A DNA stretch of 52,541 nucleotides, the filler included, from Jimgerdemannia flammicorona (lineage: Eukaryota): assembly GCA_003990765.1 (NCBI GenBank). It is 2 parts of 2 records of this genome, joined end to end, with 100 filler letters (N's around TTAATTAATTAA, not from the genome) between each part and the next. Parts side by side here need not be neighbours in the genome. Positions count along the whole stretch, not along the records: positions 26,322 to 52,541 come from RBNJ01000751.1; 1 more part is not named here. One strand, given 5' to 3'. Positions 38,950 to 51,600 of the stretch are shown piece after piece. The number at the start of each line of letters is the position of its first letter. Position 1 is the first letter of the stretch. The position numbers and the translations under genes were made by a program. The notes beneath the pieces were generated by a model. The model searched no databases. It was not told the DNA's origin and saw only the letters and a program-made list of their open reading frames with translations.

Positions 38950-40047
38950 TTAGGCACTATCTGGGTAGTCCTTGATGACATCACTATTGATTGCATCATC
39001 TCTGATGAAGTAGTCATTCAGGAAAAGTGGTTCGCAGATTACTTCTTCTTGTTCACTGAAGTAATAATATATTGGAACTTCATCTCCATCCCACAAGATG
39101 GCATCATCTGTCTCATATACTGGATAAGGTGTTGGTGGGTGAAGGAGGGGTGCTTCATCTTCACTTTCATCGGATTTGCTGTCTGCATACCTTCTGTAGA
39201 TTACAGCACTATGAGTCACAGGGTTGTAGTAAGCTGGTGGCTGTAGTTCATATTGCTTGTACTAAGGTGGTGGAGTGGTTGGTTCAATCTCGAGGGTTGT
39301 CTGGAGGTACAGGTTGTGTTCTCTGGTCTCTTCATTGTAGTTGAAGTAATCAGGAGTGAATGTGGGTTAGTATTTGTGCCAGTGGTCATTGTCCCAATAA
39401 GTCTCATATGCCATTATGAATTGTTGTAAGTTCATTAGCAAGGTTGGTAGTGTGATCAGGGTTGGCAGAGATCCTTGGCTAGAGGTCATGTCAACATCAG
39501 AGAGATCATTGTCTTCTGCTTCATCTTCATCAAAGTAGATTATATCATAGATGTCCTTTATGGTATATCCAACTTGGGGCATTTGCAGGATATGATCATT
39601 GGGGTATGGGAAGGTTCTGTCTGTGGTTTTGATATACTCGAGGTACTTGTGGTTGAGTTCTTGTATCATATTATTGATTTGGCCATAGGACAGGGTAGCA
39701 ACCATTTCGCTGGTGGTAACTTGGAGGTGGGAAATAATGGTACTGTACTCATAGAAGAGTTCTCAATGTTTGCTGGCAATGAGCTTCTGGTGTTGAGACA
39801 TCTAGGTAATGTCTGTATCATGGTGGTGTTCAACCATGTCTTCCAGGAGGCAGCCAATCTGGTAGTAGCTTGAGATTTGTCCGATTTGGTGGGCCTTGCT
39901 AAGCATGTTCAGAGCATTCCATCAGGCTTCCATGAAGTAGAGGGGTGCTAGGCTATGGATATTCATGAGGGGTAGAGGGGGTGTGGCTCTGTTGACAATG
40001 GCATTCCAAATGTCAGTTCAGATACGGGTATAGATCTTGGTAGTCAT
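38950..40047 (-). pseudogene. LTR-encoded accessory ORF of A (365 aa), 3' LTR copy
   Basis: ORF-track pieces 39367-39705 and 38950-39219 are in frame with ATG 40047; the stop at 39367 is a sense codon in the other LTR. Confidence 0.8.
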
Positions 40048-40239
40048 GTTTGTATATTTGTAAGTTGTGGTTGTTGTTTGTTTTGGTTCTCTGATTTGAC
40101 ATGTCTTGGTGCTCGGTATATATGCATTTGGTCCTGATTGGTAAGATTCCGTTTGTGTAGATCTTGTGTTCTGTGATTTCATATTGACTCAGCTTTGTGT
40201 GCTGTGACTTTGGTTTGACTCAGCTTTATGATTAAGCAG

Positions 40240-40318
40240 GTGATTTCCAGATTTGTTCAGAGGTCGTGTGTGATTTCAGTGGCTTGTTCAGAGGGTGATG
40301 TGTAATTTCAGTGGCTTG
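40240..40318. repeat. Imperfect ~31-bp tandem repeat (about 2.5 copies) at the U3 start of the A LTR
   Basis: GTGATTTCAGTGGCTTGTTCAGAGG-like units; also at 48600-48678. Confidence 0.7.
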
Positions 40319-40335
40319 GGGGTTGTGCGCTTACA

Positions 40336-40349
40336 ACTCTCCCCTTCTT
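40336..40349 (-). other. Polypurine tract of A
   Basis: AAGAAGGGGAGAGT abutting the 3' LTR. Confidence 0.88.
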
Positions 40350-43300
40350 AGCTTTCGATGTCCTTGTCAGGGCCTTCTAATTTGTTCAGTGGTACAGGGA
40401 AAATAGGCTTGCTTTCTGTTTTGCCATTTTTCCAGAGGATCGGTATTCTTGTCTTGTTTTGCTGAGTTCTTGGTTTGGTTCGCAATAATTATAATGTTTG
40501 GGAGGATAATATATAGTATGTACCGATAGGTGCGAGAGTATTTGGTTCTTAGTTGTTTAAGGAATCATATTCCTGAACTAGGTCGGTAGCATTCTGGAGA
40601 TTGGTCTTCAGTTCCCAGGTTGCATCATGGATTGGATAACCTTTCCATTTGACAAGGTACTCAGGGTGGCTTTTGTTGCCATGTTTGTTGAGGATTTATT
40701 CAACTTCGTACTCTTCTTGATCATTAATAATGACAGGTGCAGGTAGTTTGGTAGTCCAGTTTGGAAATAGCTCATCATCATTCTCATTGTATCACTTGAG
40801 ACATTGAACATTAAAGACCGGGTGAATCTTAATGGTATCTGGTAGTGCCAATTTGTAGGAGGTTGGAGAGACTTATGCAATGACTTCAAATGGTCCAATG
40901 AATTTGCTGTTCAGCTTTGTGGATGGTCTATGCTTGAGGTTGTCAACTTAGTATCCTCTGATGTCCAGAAGAACATTTTCTCCAATATCAAAAGTTTCTT
41001 CTCGGCAGTGTTGGTTAACATACTGTGACTGTTGTTCTTGAGTTCATGATATATTCTCAATGGCAATCTGGCTTAGATTGTGCATTTGGAGTAAGAATTC
41101 TTCAACAGCTTCTACTGTGGAGGGTTCCTCAGTGGTTCAGATAAGTGTCAAAGGGGTGTTTGGGTTTTGTCCAGTGTTGGCGAAGAATGGGGTCATTCCG
41201 AGAGAGGCTTGCTTGCTATTGTTATAGGCAAACTCAACTGTAGTGAGGTGTTTATGCCAGTCATCTTGTCTATAGGAAACATAGTTCCTTAGCATTTGTT
41301 CCAGAGTTTGGTTCATTCTTTCAGTTTGGCCATCAGTTTCTGGGTGAAAGGCTGTGGATAGTACAAATTTTGTTCCAAGATGTGCATGGAGGGCTTTCCA
41401 AAAATGGCTGGTGAATTTTGGGTCTTGGTCACTAACAATGATCTTGGGAAGACCATAATAGTGGAAGATGTTATCAAACAAGAGTGTGGCTATGTCTGGT
41501 GCTGTTGCAATAGTGGTAGTAGGCACAAAGTGGGCTTGTTTGCTAAGATAGTCTATAAAGACAACAATTGCATCTTTCCCATTCTTGGTTCAGGGTAGTT
41601 GTACAATGAAGTCCATAGAGAATTGTTCCCAATTAGCAGATGGTACTGGGATAGGGTGAAGTAAGCCAGGTTTTGCTAGTGTTGAGGACTTGTTTTGTTG
41701 GCAGACATCACAGGAAGTAATGTAGGTTTTGAGCTGATCTGCCATGTGGGGCCAATAGAAGTTTCGAGAGATAACTTCATAACATTTATCAAATCCTAAA
41801 TGTCCAGCTGTAGGAGCATCATGACATTTGAATAAGATAGTCCTTTGGAGGTCTCGGTTGTTTGGGACATACAGTCTGTCTTTATAGTAGATAGCATTGT
41901 CCTTCAGTTGGTATTGATGATACTGTGTATACTTGTCAGCATTATCACTATTCAGGAATTCTTGCAGTGCTTGAGCTGCCTTATCATCGGCACATGCTGT
42001 GATAATTTGTTCTATGATGGAGTTTGTAACCAAGGTGAGAGTTTGGATAACCTCTTTGATTGGTGGTCTGGAGATTGCATCAGCAATAATTTTTTCCTTA
42101 CCAGGGCAGTACTGGATTTCATAGTCAAAGTTGGTGAGGACTTTCATCCATCTGGCTTACTTTCAAGAAAGGGTAGCCTGTGTCTTGATGTTGACTAATG
42201 ACTTGTAGTTGGTCAATACAGTAAAGTGAGTAGGGTTGCCATTTGATCAGAGTATCTACAATGGCTAGCATCTCCTTCTCATGAGTTGCATAGTTGATTT
42301 TGGCATCATTGAACTTGTGGAAGTGATAGGCCACAGGGTGTCCTTCTTGTATGAGTACTGCTCTAAGGGCTAGGTCAGAGACATTAGTGGTAACTTCATA
42401 TAGTAGTGCAGGGTTTGCCACTTGAAGTACTGGAGTGGTTATCAGGGCATCCTTTAGTGCTTGAAAGGCGGTATCTTACTCAGGTCCCCAAGTTACAAGA
42501 TTGTTGAAATCTTTCTCTTGTTTTATAGTCCAGGGTTGTTCTTGTTTCTTGCTATGGTTGGTCATTTGGGTGAGAGCAGTAGCAATTTTAGCAAAGTTGG
42601 CAACAAATCGCCTGTAATAGTTTGCTAATCCCAGGAATGACTGGAGGTCTTTCAGCTTCTTGGGTCTGGGCCAATCCTTGATTGCAGAGATTTTGCTGGG
42701 GTCTACTTTAATTCCATTTGGAGTGATAATGTGTCTAAGGAATTGAATTTCTTTCAGAAGAAATTCACACTTACTGAGTTTTGCAAAGAGTCGGTTTTCT
42801 CGGAGTTTCAGTAATACTAGTTCAAGGTGTTCAAGATGTTCCTCCAGGGTTTTGCTGAAGACTAGGATGTCGTCAATGTAGACAACAATGAATTTGTCCA
42901 GGTATGGATGCAGAATGGTATTCATTAATGTCTGGAAGGTTTCTGGAGCATTAGTTAAGCCGAAGGGCATAACCAGGAACTTGAAGTGTCCATAGCAAGT
43001 TTGGAAAGCTGTCTTGTAGATATCTTCTTCTTTCATAGCAATTTGCCAGTAACCATTTCGCAGATCAAAGGAGCTCATGAATTGTGGGTTGGTAAGTCTA
43101 TCGAATATTTCATCGATCCTCAGTAGTGGGCAACAGTTCTTGATAGTCTGTTCATTGAGATTGCAGTAGTCAATGCATATTTACAGGTCTCCTCCTTTCT
43201 TGACAACAAATAGGACTGGTGCACCATAAGGTGATACACTGGGTCTGATGAATTCTTATTCTAGGAGTTCATCAATTTCTTGCTTGAGTGCATCGATTTC

Positions 43301-44039
43301 TCTCAGAGACATGTGGTAGATTGACTTGAAGGCTGGTTTGGCATCTGGGATAGTCTTGATGACATGGTCTACTACTCATTTAGGGGATAGGCCTTTCAGG
43401 AGCTTCTTTGGGAATATATCTCGAAATTTCTAGAGTAATGGTCTGACACAGTTGTTAACTTTGGAAAAATCCTCTTCAGAATTCTCAGGTTCTCCTTTGG
43501 ATAGGCGGATAGAGATGGCGAAGAGTGGGCATTTCTTGGCCAATTTCTTAAATTGTAGCTTATTGATGTGGGTGATCTTTGGTCCAGGGTCACCAGAATT
43601 AAGTGGGTCTTTTTCGCCTTGCAGTTTGAAGTTGTGGCATCCCTTCTTGATGGTCAGAGAATGGTTTACCCAATCAATCATGGGGTTCTCTTGTTTTAAC
43701 CATGGAGTTCCAAGGATGATTTTATTGTCAGGAAGTGGTACGATTTGAAGGGTAACATATACTCGGTAGTCAACAATTCGGAGGGGTAGATTGCAAACTT
43801 CTTTGCTAATAACATGTGAGGTTCCATCAGCTGTAGCAACTGCTTGAGTTTGCTGTACTGGAGAGGTAAAGACCTTGAGTCTGTTGGCTGTCTCTTCATT
43901 GATGAAGTTGCCTGAGGCACTACTATCTATCATAATCTTGACAGGTGCTTGGTTGACAAAAGCCTTAAGTGTGAGCAGTTTGTCTGATCCAATGGTGGTA
44001 ATTTCAGTTGTGGGAGCTTTCCTTCTGTTGGTTCTTCTT

Positions 44040-44170
44040 TGAGCCAGTTCATTGATACAAAAGAAGCAATCATCAATCTTTCGGGAAGAGTACATTCCAA
44101 TGCCATGGGGACATCAGCCACTTGGTACATATCCATCTTCGATTTTCTTGTAGAATTGTTCTTCTTTGCT
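44040..44170 (-). other. C-P-H-x12-C-x2-C module in A (between dUTPase and protease)
   Basis: EEQFYKKIEDGYVPSG*CPHGIGMYSSRKIDDCFFC. Confidence 0.75.
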
Positions 44171-44189
44171 CATGGTAGGTTGGGCTGGG

Positions 44190-44605
44190 GCCTTGTTGGA
44201 TGAGCCAAATCCTTTGGATCCTCTGATGGTGGGCAATAGTTCAGGGACTTCCTTGACTATCAGAGTTGACTCAATTTTTTTGAATAGGATCTGGGCAATG
44301 CAGAAACCAATAGGGATCTTGAAGGGTGTCCAACTGTGGTTTCGGATGAGGACAATAATTTCGCCTATGTAATCCTCGTCAATGACTCCTCCTTCTACTG
44401 AGAGTCCTTTCAATGCTAGGCTGTTGCGAAAGCATATTCTTCCAACATGTCCTTCAGGGATTTGGATGCTGATTCCTGTGTAGACTTGTTTGACTTCTTT
44501 GTTGGAAACTGTAGCTTCTTCGGCTGCATACAGGTCATATCCAGCTGCTTTCTGACTTCCTTTGGTTGGGGCCTTAGCAGTTTGTCTTAACTTGACAATG
44601 TCCAG
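44190..44605 (-). pseudogene. dUTPase domain of A (uninterrupted reading frame)
   Basis: AAGYDLY, RNSLAL, GGVIDEDYIGEI, IAQIL and RGSKGFGSS in ORF 44114-44698. Confidence 0.95.
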
Positions 44606-46617
44606 TATTCTGGTAGTCAGATTATTGAGGTGGTGCAGAGTGGTAACAGTTGCTCTTGTTGCTGTCCATGGTTTTTGGTTAGAGCAGGCACTGGCCATGT
44701 GTCCTGTCTTTCAGCAGTAGAAGCATTCTCCACTTCTTTGAAGTTCATTCCTTTCACTCTCAGTAAGTTTCTTGAAGGTACTTGGCTGGGTAGGTTTATG
44801 ATTTCTGAGTGTCCAAGAGGTGGATGTAGAGGGAGCTCAGGATGCTTCATGCTTGGGTTCTTCTTTCTTGATCCAAGTCTTTTCCTTGTTGTTGAATTGT
44901 CTTCGGGGCAGAATTGGTCCAGCTGTTAGGATTCGCTTGACCATAGTCTTGATTCTTGCCAGGCACTATTGTTGGTGGTCGCAACCAACTGGGTGGCCTT
45001 GTTCTCGGATTTTTCTAGTAAGCCATTCAGGCAGGGCATTGAATAAGTGGTCTGCTCTTGTACCATTTTGTGCTTCATCATTGGCAATATATCCTAGGCC
45101 AACAGTATTCAGGAGTGACTTAAGTTTTGTACAGAAGGTTTCGAATTCTTCTTTGCCATGTACATTAAATTTGCGGTTGTGGAGTTTTACTCGAGATTTA
45201 GCAATCATGGTTTCACTACAGTATTGAGCAATCATGAGTTGTTTGAGTCCAGGGGCTGCAGGATGGGCTCCATATCCTAGGGCATTGTTTGCTGTATTCT
45301 GAGCAACTACTGCAGGTCGGGTATCCTATGTGAGGGGTTTTTCAGAAAGAGTTCACCACCATTCTTCAGCAGGTCCTTGAAAGAATGTAACAACTCAGCG
45401 GATATAGGCTGTAGTGATAGCAAAGAGTTGTTCCAGAGTGTGGTCTTGATTGTTTGTCAGAATGCAGTCAGCAACTTGCTCATTAGTCCATTGATTGGCT
45501 TTGAAGTTGGTGTCAACTACACTAATGAAGCTTTGGACTTCTTGTGCAGTACCATTGAAGGTAGGTAGGCTCAGATTTTTGGTAGGTCAGGTCTGTTCAG
45601 CTAAGGCAGTAATGGTTGCTGCCATTATAGCTACTTGGGCTATGAGATTAAGAATCTGTTGGTTTACCATGTTATTTGCTGGAGGTGGTTAGACTGCTGG
45701 TAGTAGTGTTACTGGTACTACTTGAGGTACTGGTGCAGAGTGTGATGGGGTTCTTTGGGTCTGTGTAAGTTGCTAGAGTAGTAGTTGTGGATCTGGAGTA
45801 AGGGCTTGATAGATAGCTGTTTGTTATTGTGTAGGTATATTCTGTCCTGATGGGAGTGTATCTCCTTCTGTGGTATATCTGGGATCGAATTCAGTGAGAT
45901 ACTCCTCCTCCTCTTCAGTTTGGTCCTCATGTAATTGGGTTTGCTTGGCATCAAAGTAGACAGAATCAGTTATATATCTGATTTCGGAGGGACTTAATTC
46001 AAAGTCAAGTTCAGGTTTGGTATTAGTTTTGAAATCAGGTAGGGCTGTAGCAGGGCCTACTTCAGGTTCAGGGTTGGGTAGTTGATGAAGGGTTTCTCTT
46101 GCTTCTTCTTTAAGAATATGGTGGGCCTTGCTGTTCTGGAATCAGTAGTATAATGCAGTCTTGGTCCTAGTATGGTGAAAGTCAGTAGAGTTGAGCCACT
46201 TGGCTACAGAGGCTTGGGCTTCATGAGGAACTAAGGCTAGGAAGACTGCTGCTGGTTGTCCTAGGTCACTCGGATTTGTGGAGCTGACAAAACTCTTGTT
46301 GAGAAGAGTAAAGAAGGCTTCAATAAGACCTTCTTCATCTTGACTTGCTGGGTATAGTGCAAGGAGTTTGGTGAATAGGGTTTCACCTATTTGCTAATTT
46401 AACCAGAGTACTTCTTTCTTTGAATGAAGTTTATCCCACTTATTGCAGGTGTGGAGGTCAAAATGTCCTTGTACATCAGGTTCAATTCTCTCCAGATTGT
46501 CAGATGGTTCAGGATAAATTCCAGTTCAGAGGTTGGGCTTTATACCAACTTATAGGAATTCTCAGAAGGGTTTGTAGTGGGGTGAGGAAGCATCTTGAAG
46601 CAGAATTGGATTGTAAA

Positions 46618-46629
46618 CCACTGCTACCA
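46618..46629 (-). other. Primer-binding site of A, tRNA-iMet-like
   Basis: TGGTAGCAGTGG starting 3 nt inside the 5' LTR. Confidence 0.7.
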
Positions 46630-46632
46630 AGT

Positions 46633-48695
46633 TGTAAGAGGGTTGCTTTTTAGGGTAACTGTTACGTAGTTCTGGAAAGGTTTTCTGGAAGTTCTGGATA
46701 TTCTGGAAGACCATTTTCTTTATGGTCAAGATCAATTTCATATGGAGTATGTCCTCTATGCTTATTGATTTCAAGATCAGGTTGACGTCTCAACCAAAGT
46801 CCTTCTTCGGACTAGTTCTGGATGTTCAGGATTTCCGTATTTCAGGAAGTTCAAGAAACTAAGACCAGCTCAGTTGAATTGGCATATCGCTACAGACAAT
46901 ACCCAATTAGGAAATTTCGTGATGGGGTTAGGAGTAGGACCTAATGGGGAGTGGATTTACTTAAGGGTGGTTTGTGGGTTATTTGAATAGGTTTATTCAC
47001 TATTCATGATATTGCTATACTAGGAGTAGTTGTGTAAAGGGATATTGTGGGGAAGTATTCAAGAATGTTCTTTTATATTCAAGTCTGAGATTCTGAGGTC
47101 TGGGGGTGGGGGTATTTATACTAGTGAGGGGCTATCTGGACTATGCTGAATATGGATATAGTACTAAGTGCTTTGCTGAGTCGGAATGCAGTCACATAGT
47201 ACAAGTGTGATCTGACATTTCAAAAGAGCATCTGGCTGCTGAGTCAGTTCACAGTCACATCATACAAGGCTAATCTAACTATACTATGACTGCTAGGCTA
47301 TTTATGAGTTTAGGCACTATCTGGGTAGTCCTCGATGATATCACCATCGATTGCATCATCTCTGATGAAGTAGTCATCCAGGAAAAGTGGTTTGCGGATT
47401 ACTTCTCCTTGTTCACTGAGGTAATAATACATTGGAACTTTGTCTCCATCCCACAAGATGGCATCATCTGTCTCATATACTGGATAAGGTATTGGTGGGC
47501 AAAGGAGGGGTGCTTCATCTTCACTTTTATTGGATTTGTTGTCTGCATACCTTCTGTAGGTTACAGCACTATGAGTCATAGGGTTGTAGTAAGCTGGTGG
47601 CTGTGGTTCATGTCACTCGTACTCAGGTGGTAGAGTGGTTGGTTCAATCTTGAGGGTTGTCTGGAGGTACAGATTGTGTTCTCCGGTCTCTTTATTGTAG
47701 TTGAAGTAATCAGGGGTAAATGCGGGTTGGTATTCGTGCTAGTGGTCATTGTCCCAATAAGTCTTGTATGCTATTATGAATTGTTGTAAGTTCATTGGCA
47801 AGATTGGTGGTGTGATCAGGGTTGGCAGAAATCCTTGGCTAGAGGTCATGTCGGCATCAGAGGGATCATTGTCTTCTGCTTCATCTTCATTGAAGTGAAT
47901 TATATCATAGATATCCTTTATGGTATATCCAACTTGGGGCATTTGCAGAATATGATTGTTGGGGTGTGGGAAGGTTCTGTCTGTGGTTTTGACGTACTCG
48001 AGGTACTTGTGGTTGAGTTCTTGTATCATGTCATCAATTTGGCCATAGGACAGGGTAGCAACCATTTCACTAGTAATAACTCAGAGGCGGGGAATAATGG
48101 TACTGTACTCGTAGAAGAGTTCTCGATGTTTGCAGGTGATGAGCTTCTGGTGTTGAGACATCTGGGTAATGTCTGTATCATGGTGGTGTTCAACCATGTC
48201 TTCCAGGAGGCAGCTGATCTGGTAGTAGCTTGAGATTTGTCTGATTCAGTGGGCCTTGCTAAGTATGTTCAGAGCATTCCATCAGGCTTCCACGAAGTAG
48301 AGGGGTGCTAGACTATGGATATTCATGAGGGGTAGAGGGGGTGTGGCTCCATTGACAATGGCATTCCAAATATTGACACGGATATAGGTATAGATCTTGG
48401 TGGTCATATTTGTGTGTTTGTAAGTTGTGGTTGTTGTTTGTTTTGGTTCTCTGATTCGATACATCTCAGTGCTCAGTATATATGCATTTGGTCCTGATTG
48501 GTAAGATTCCGTTTGTGTAGATCTTGTATTCTGTGACTTCGTATTGACTTAGCTTTGTGTACTGTAACTTTGGTTTGACTCAGCTTCATAATCAAGCAGG
48601 TGATTTTCAGATTTGTTCAGAGGTCATGTGTGATTCCAGTGGCTTGTTCAGGGGGTGACATGTAATTTCAGTGGCTTGGGGGTTGTGTGCTTACA
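46633..48695 (-). repeat. 5' LTR of A (2063 bp)
   Basis: Direct repeat of 38273-40335. Confidence 0.97.
47310..48407 (-). pseudogene. LTR-encoded accessory ORF of A, 5' LTR copy
   Basis: ORF-track pieces 48282-48464, 47739-48065 and 47310-47579 share one frame. Confidence 0.8.
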
Positions 48696-51600
48696 AGTAT
48701 ACTCAGACTATAAATTTTCTCAAAAGACCCCTTACTGAGACTTTTGTACTAATTATATACTACTCTACTAGGTCTCTCACTTTGATCATAGATGTCTCTA
48801 ATATTGTCCCTTAAGTAGTACTTAGCCAAGAAGATTACTCAGTGGCCTATCTCTCCCAGAAGCTTAAGCCAGCTAAGACCCAGTATTCTATTTATGAGAT
48901 AAAACTCCTGGTCATTATTACTGTACTCTAAAAATAGTATTACTTTCTCTTAGGATAATTATTTGTAGTCTATACTAATTACTATACTCTGTGGTATATT
49001 TATATATAGCTCATACTAACTTATAAGCAAGTCCATTAGATGGAAATTATTGCCTCCTTTAATATAAAAATCATATATATTCCAGACAAAACCAACCATG
49101 TGGCTGATGCTTTCTCCAGATATATATAGAATTAGCTTGTCTTTATAATCAAAGTAATTGATAATATTACATCAGATTATCAAGAATAGCTACTAACAAG
49201 ATAGTCTCCTATTGAAATTCCTTCAACTCTATCAAGACCCTGAGGTTGAGGTCCCAGAACCTATTAAAAGGATGATCAAAAGATTTATATATCATGATAG
49301 ACTCATCAATAGAAGATTATAACAGAGTGGTAGTATTCAAAGATAATACTCTATAACTTAAGATAATGCAGAAACTCTATGATACTCCTGTAGCAGAATA
49401 CTTTAGTTTCAAGAAGACCTATAATCTTCTCTCAAGAGAGTTCTACTAGACAAGGAGGATCAAAGATATCAAATCTTTTATAGTTTCATATGAAATATTC
49501 CAAAGATTCAAGAGTAGTAACAAACTATTAGTAGGACTTCTGTAACCTTGGCCAATCTCTAGCTATAATTGGGATCAAATTATAATAAACTTCATTGTCT
49601 AGCTCTTTAAGACCAAGGTAGAATAAGATGCCATCATAGTATTTATAGACTGTCTGAGTACATAAGTCTACTTTATATCTAGTAAAAATCACTGCTACAA
49701 TTTCTGAGATTGCTAAAATCTTTCTCAACCAAGTATTTAGACTATATAGCATATCTACATATGTACTATTATATCTGACTGAAGTGCCAAGTTTACAAGC
49801 AACTTTCAGAAGATATTTTTCTCTCTATATAATATCAAACTGAAGTTTTTCACTACCTACTACCTCTAGACAGATGGTCAGACTGAGTGAATCAATAGAA
49901 CTCTCAAGTAGATACTCAGTATCTTCTACTGTTATAAGTAAAATAATTAGAATAAGTCTCTGGTATATATTAAGTCCTACAATAATAGCTAGCAAACCTC
50001 TATAAAGAAGATCTCATTCTTTCTAAATTATGATCAATACCCAAAGACTCTAAGTACTACTGCAAAATCAGTAGTTCTAGCAGTTCAGAACTTGGCTAAG
50101 ACCATTTCTGATCTTACACAAATGACAAGAGATACTCTTATAGAAGTGTAAAACTATTAGACAAAGTATACAAACTTGAAGTAAAGAGAAATATTCTATA
50201 ATAATAGTAATATAGTTATACTCAGAACAGACTACCTCTATCTAGATAGTCTAGCCTAGTAACTATCTAAGAAACTCTGTATTAGAAGAATTAGACTATT
50301 TATATAAGATTGTGGAAAAAGTCAATAAAGATAACTATAAGCTATAACTCTCTTATAATATTTGAGTTTACTTAGTATTTCATATCAGTCAACTGGTAGA
50401 CTACTATGTAAATATATTTTCTGAGTATATAGTATCACCACCACCCCCAATTAGGATCAATAATCATGAGAAATTTAAAAACAAGAAGGTGCTTGACTAT
50501 AAGATCTGCAAATATACTAAAACAGTTAAGTGGTTTTTCCTCATCAAGTAGAAGAGTTATCCTACTTATGATACTATTAGGAAAAAGAAAGAAGTACTGA
50601 AAAATATACATACAGTTCTTTAGAACTATATGGAAACACTCACTCCATAGTAGAGAAAGGAATGCAGCTCTAAACTTAGAGGTTATAGTAAACATAATAA
50701 TAATATATATTTATCTGAAATATATAATATTAAACATTAAGAGAATAGGAATACTATAATTAGCCAATAAGATAAAAAGATTATTCTATTAAAGAACTTT
50801 TTCAGATCTCTTATATATAGTTAAATCAGAAAGACCATTCAAACTAATATAATATATAATAACTATACTGGTATATCAGTGGCCACAGAAAGACATCTAG
50901 TTGTATTTGAATTCTCAGTCTGTAGCCTGGAGAACAATGTCTTAACAGAGTGACCAACTCTCCATCTAAAGTCAAAGAAGGATATTTCAAACCAGTAATA
51001 CTCAGTATTTTCCATATAACTAACACATACTTTATGTATAGCAATAGATCTTATATTTCTTTCAAAATAAAGTCACACCAGATTGGTGAAGAAATATAAA
51101 TACCTAGGATAAGAATACACTACAATCTCTATCTTCTTTTTCTCTTTCTAAAGAAAAATAATATAAGAATACCTACTATCTGCCACCAAATAGCCTGCCA
51201 TAGCCAGCCCTTTCTAAGCCAGATTGACCACCTTTTTAGACACATCCAGGTCACTATTCAAGGAAGAAACCACTGCTCTAAGACTCTTAATCTCACTAGC
51301 TAGAATCTAGAATACTATATCCTCAACTACTATAAAGTTATTAATAGGGTCTATCTTACTACCAGCTATCTAGAAATCTGATATGAATACAAAATTAGAT
51401 ACTAACTTCTCTAATGAGTATAAGATCAAACTGCTGACCAAGTTATAGACTAAATCCACTTAGATAGATATGAGTAAAGACTAGCCAAAAAGGTTTACCA
51501 AATTATATAGTATATATCTTTTATAATCTCCAACCTCAACTATGTATAACTGAAGAACTTCTAGAATCTTATCTTCTCTGAGATCAATGTACTAGAGATC

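Larger units (their letters stand above)
38273..40335 (-). repeat. 3' LTR of A (2063 bp)
   Basis: Colinear with 46633-48695 at offset 8360; TATAAATA at 38753-38760. Confidence 0.97.
40549..46593 (-). pseudogene. A gag-pol: N-extension, gag/CCHC, dUTPase, CPH module, PR, RT, RH, IN, chromodomain
   Basis: CFYC*KTGHMASAC; IMIDSSASGNFI; FDLRNGYWQI and YIDD; HDAPTAGHLG; MDFIVQLP; HPETDGQTER; EYLVKWKGY..DATWE. Confidence 0.93.
38273..48695 (-). mobile_element. Ty3/Gypsy chromovirus-like LTR retrotransposon, family A (complete, 10.4 kb)
   Basis: Two 2063-bp LTRs with TGTAAG...CTTACA ends; 5-bp TSD AGTAT (38268-38272, 48696-48700); PBS and PPT present. Confidence 0.97.

Noticed and set aside
38817..40222. 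Four TGACTCA/TGAGTCA AP-1/Gcn4-like sites in the A LTR
   Set aside because: They can arise by CpG decay of CGAGTCG; the sister LTR reads TGAGTCG near 47177 and TGACTTA near 48545
44114..44116. Stop codon at the same position before CPH in A (TGA) and B (TAA), suggesting programmed readthrough
   Set aside because: C has Arg (AGA) there, and CGA decays to TGA or TAA in this genome, which is the simpler explanation
48408..48464. Upstream ATG extending the LTR ORF (MYRIREP...)
   Set aside because: The sister LTR has ACA at this codon, so the ATG is an ACG decay product
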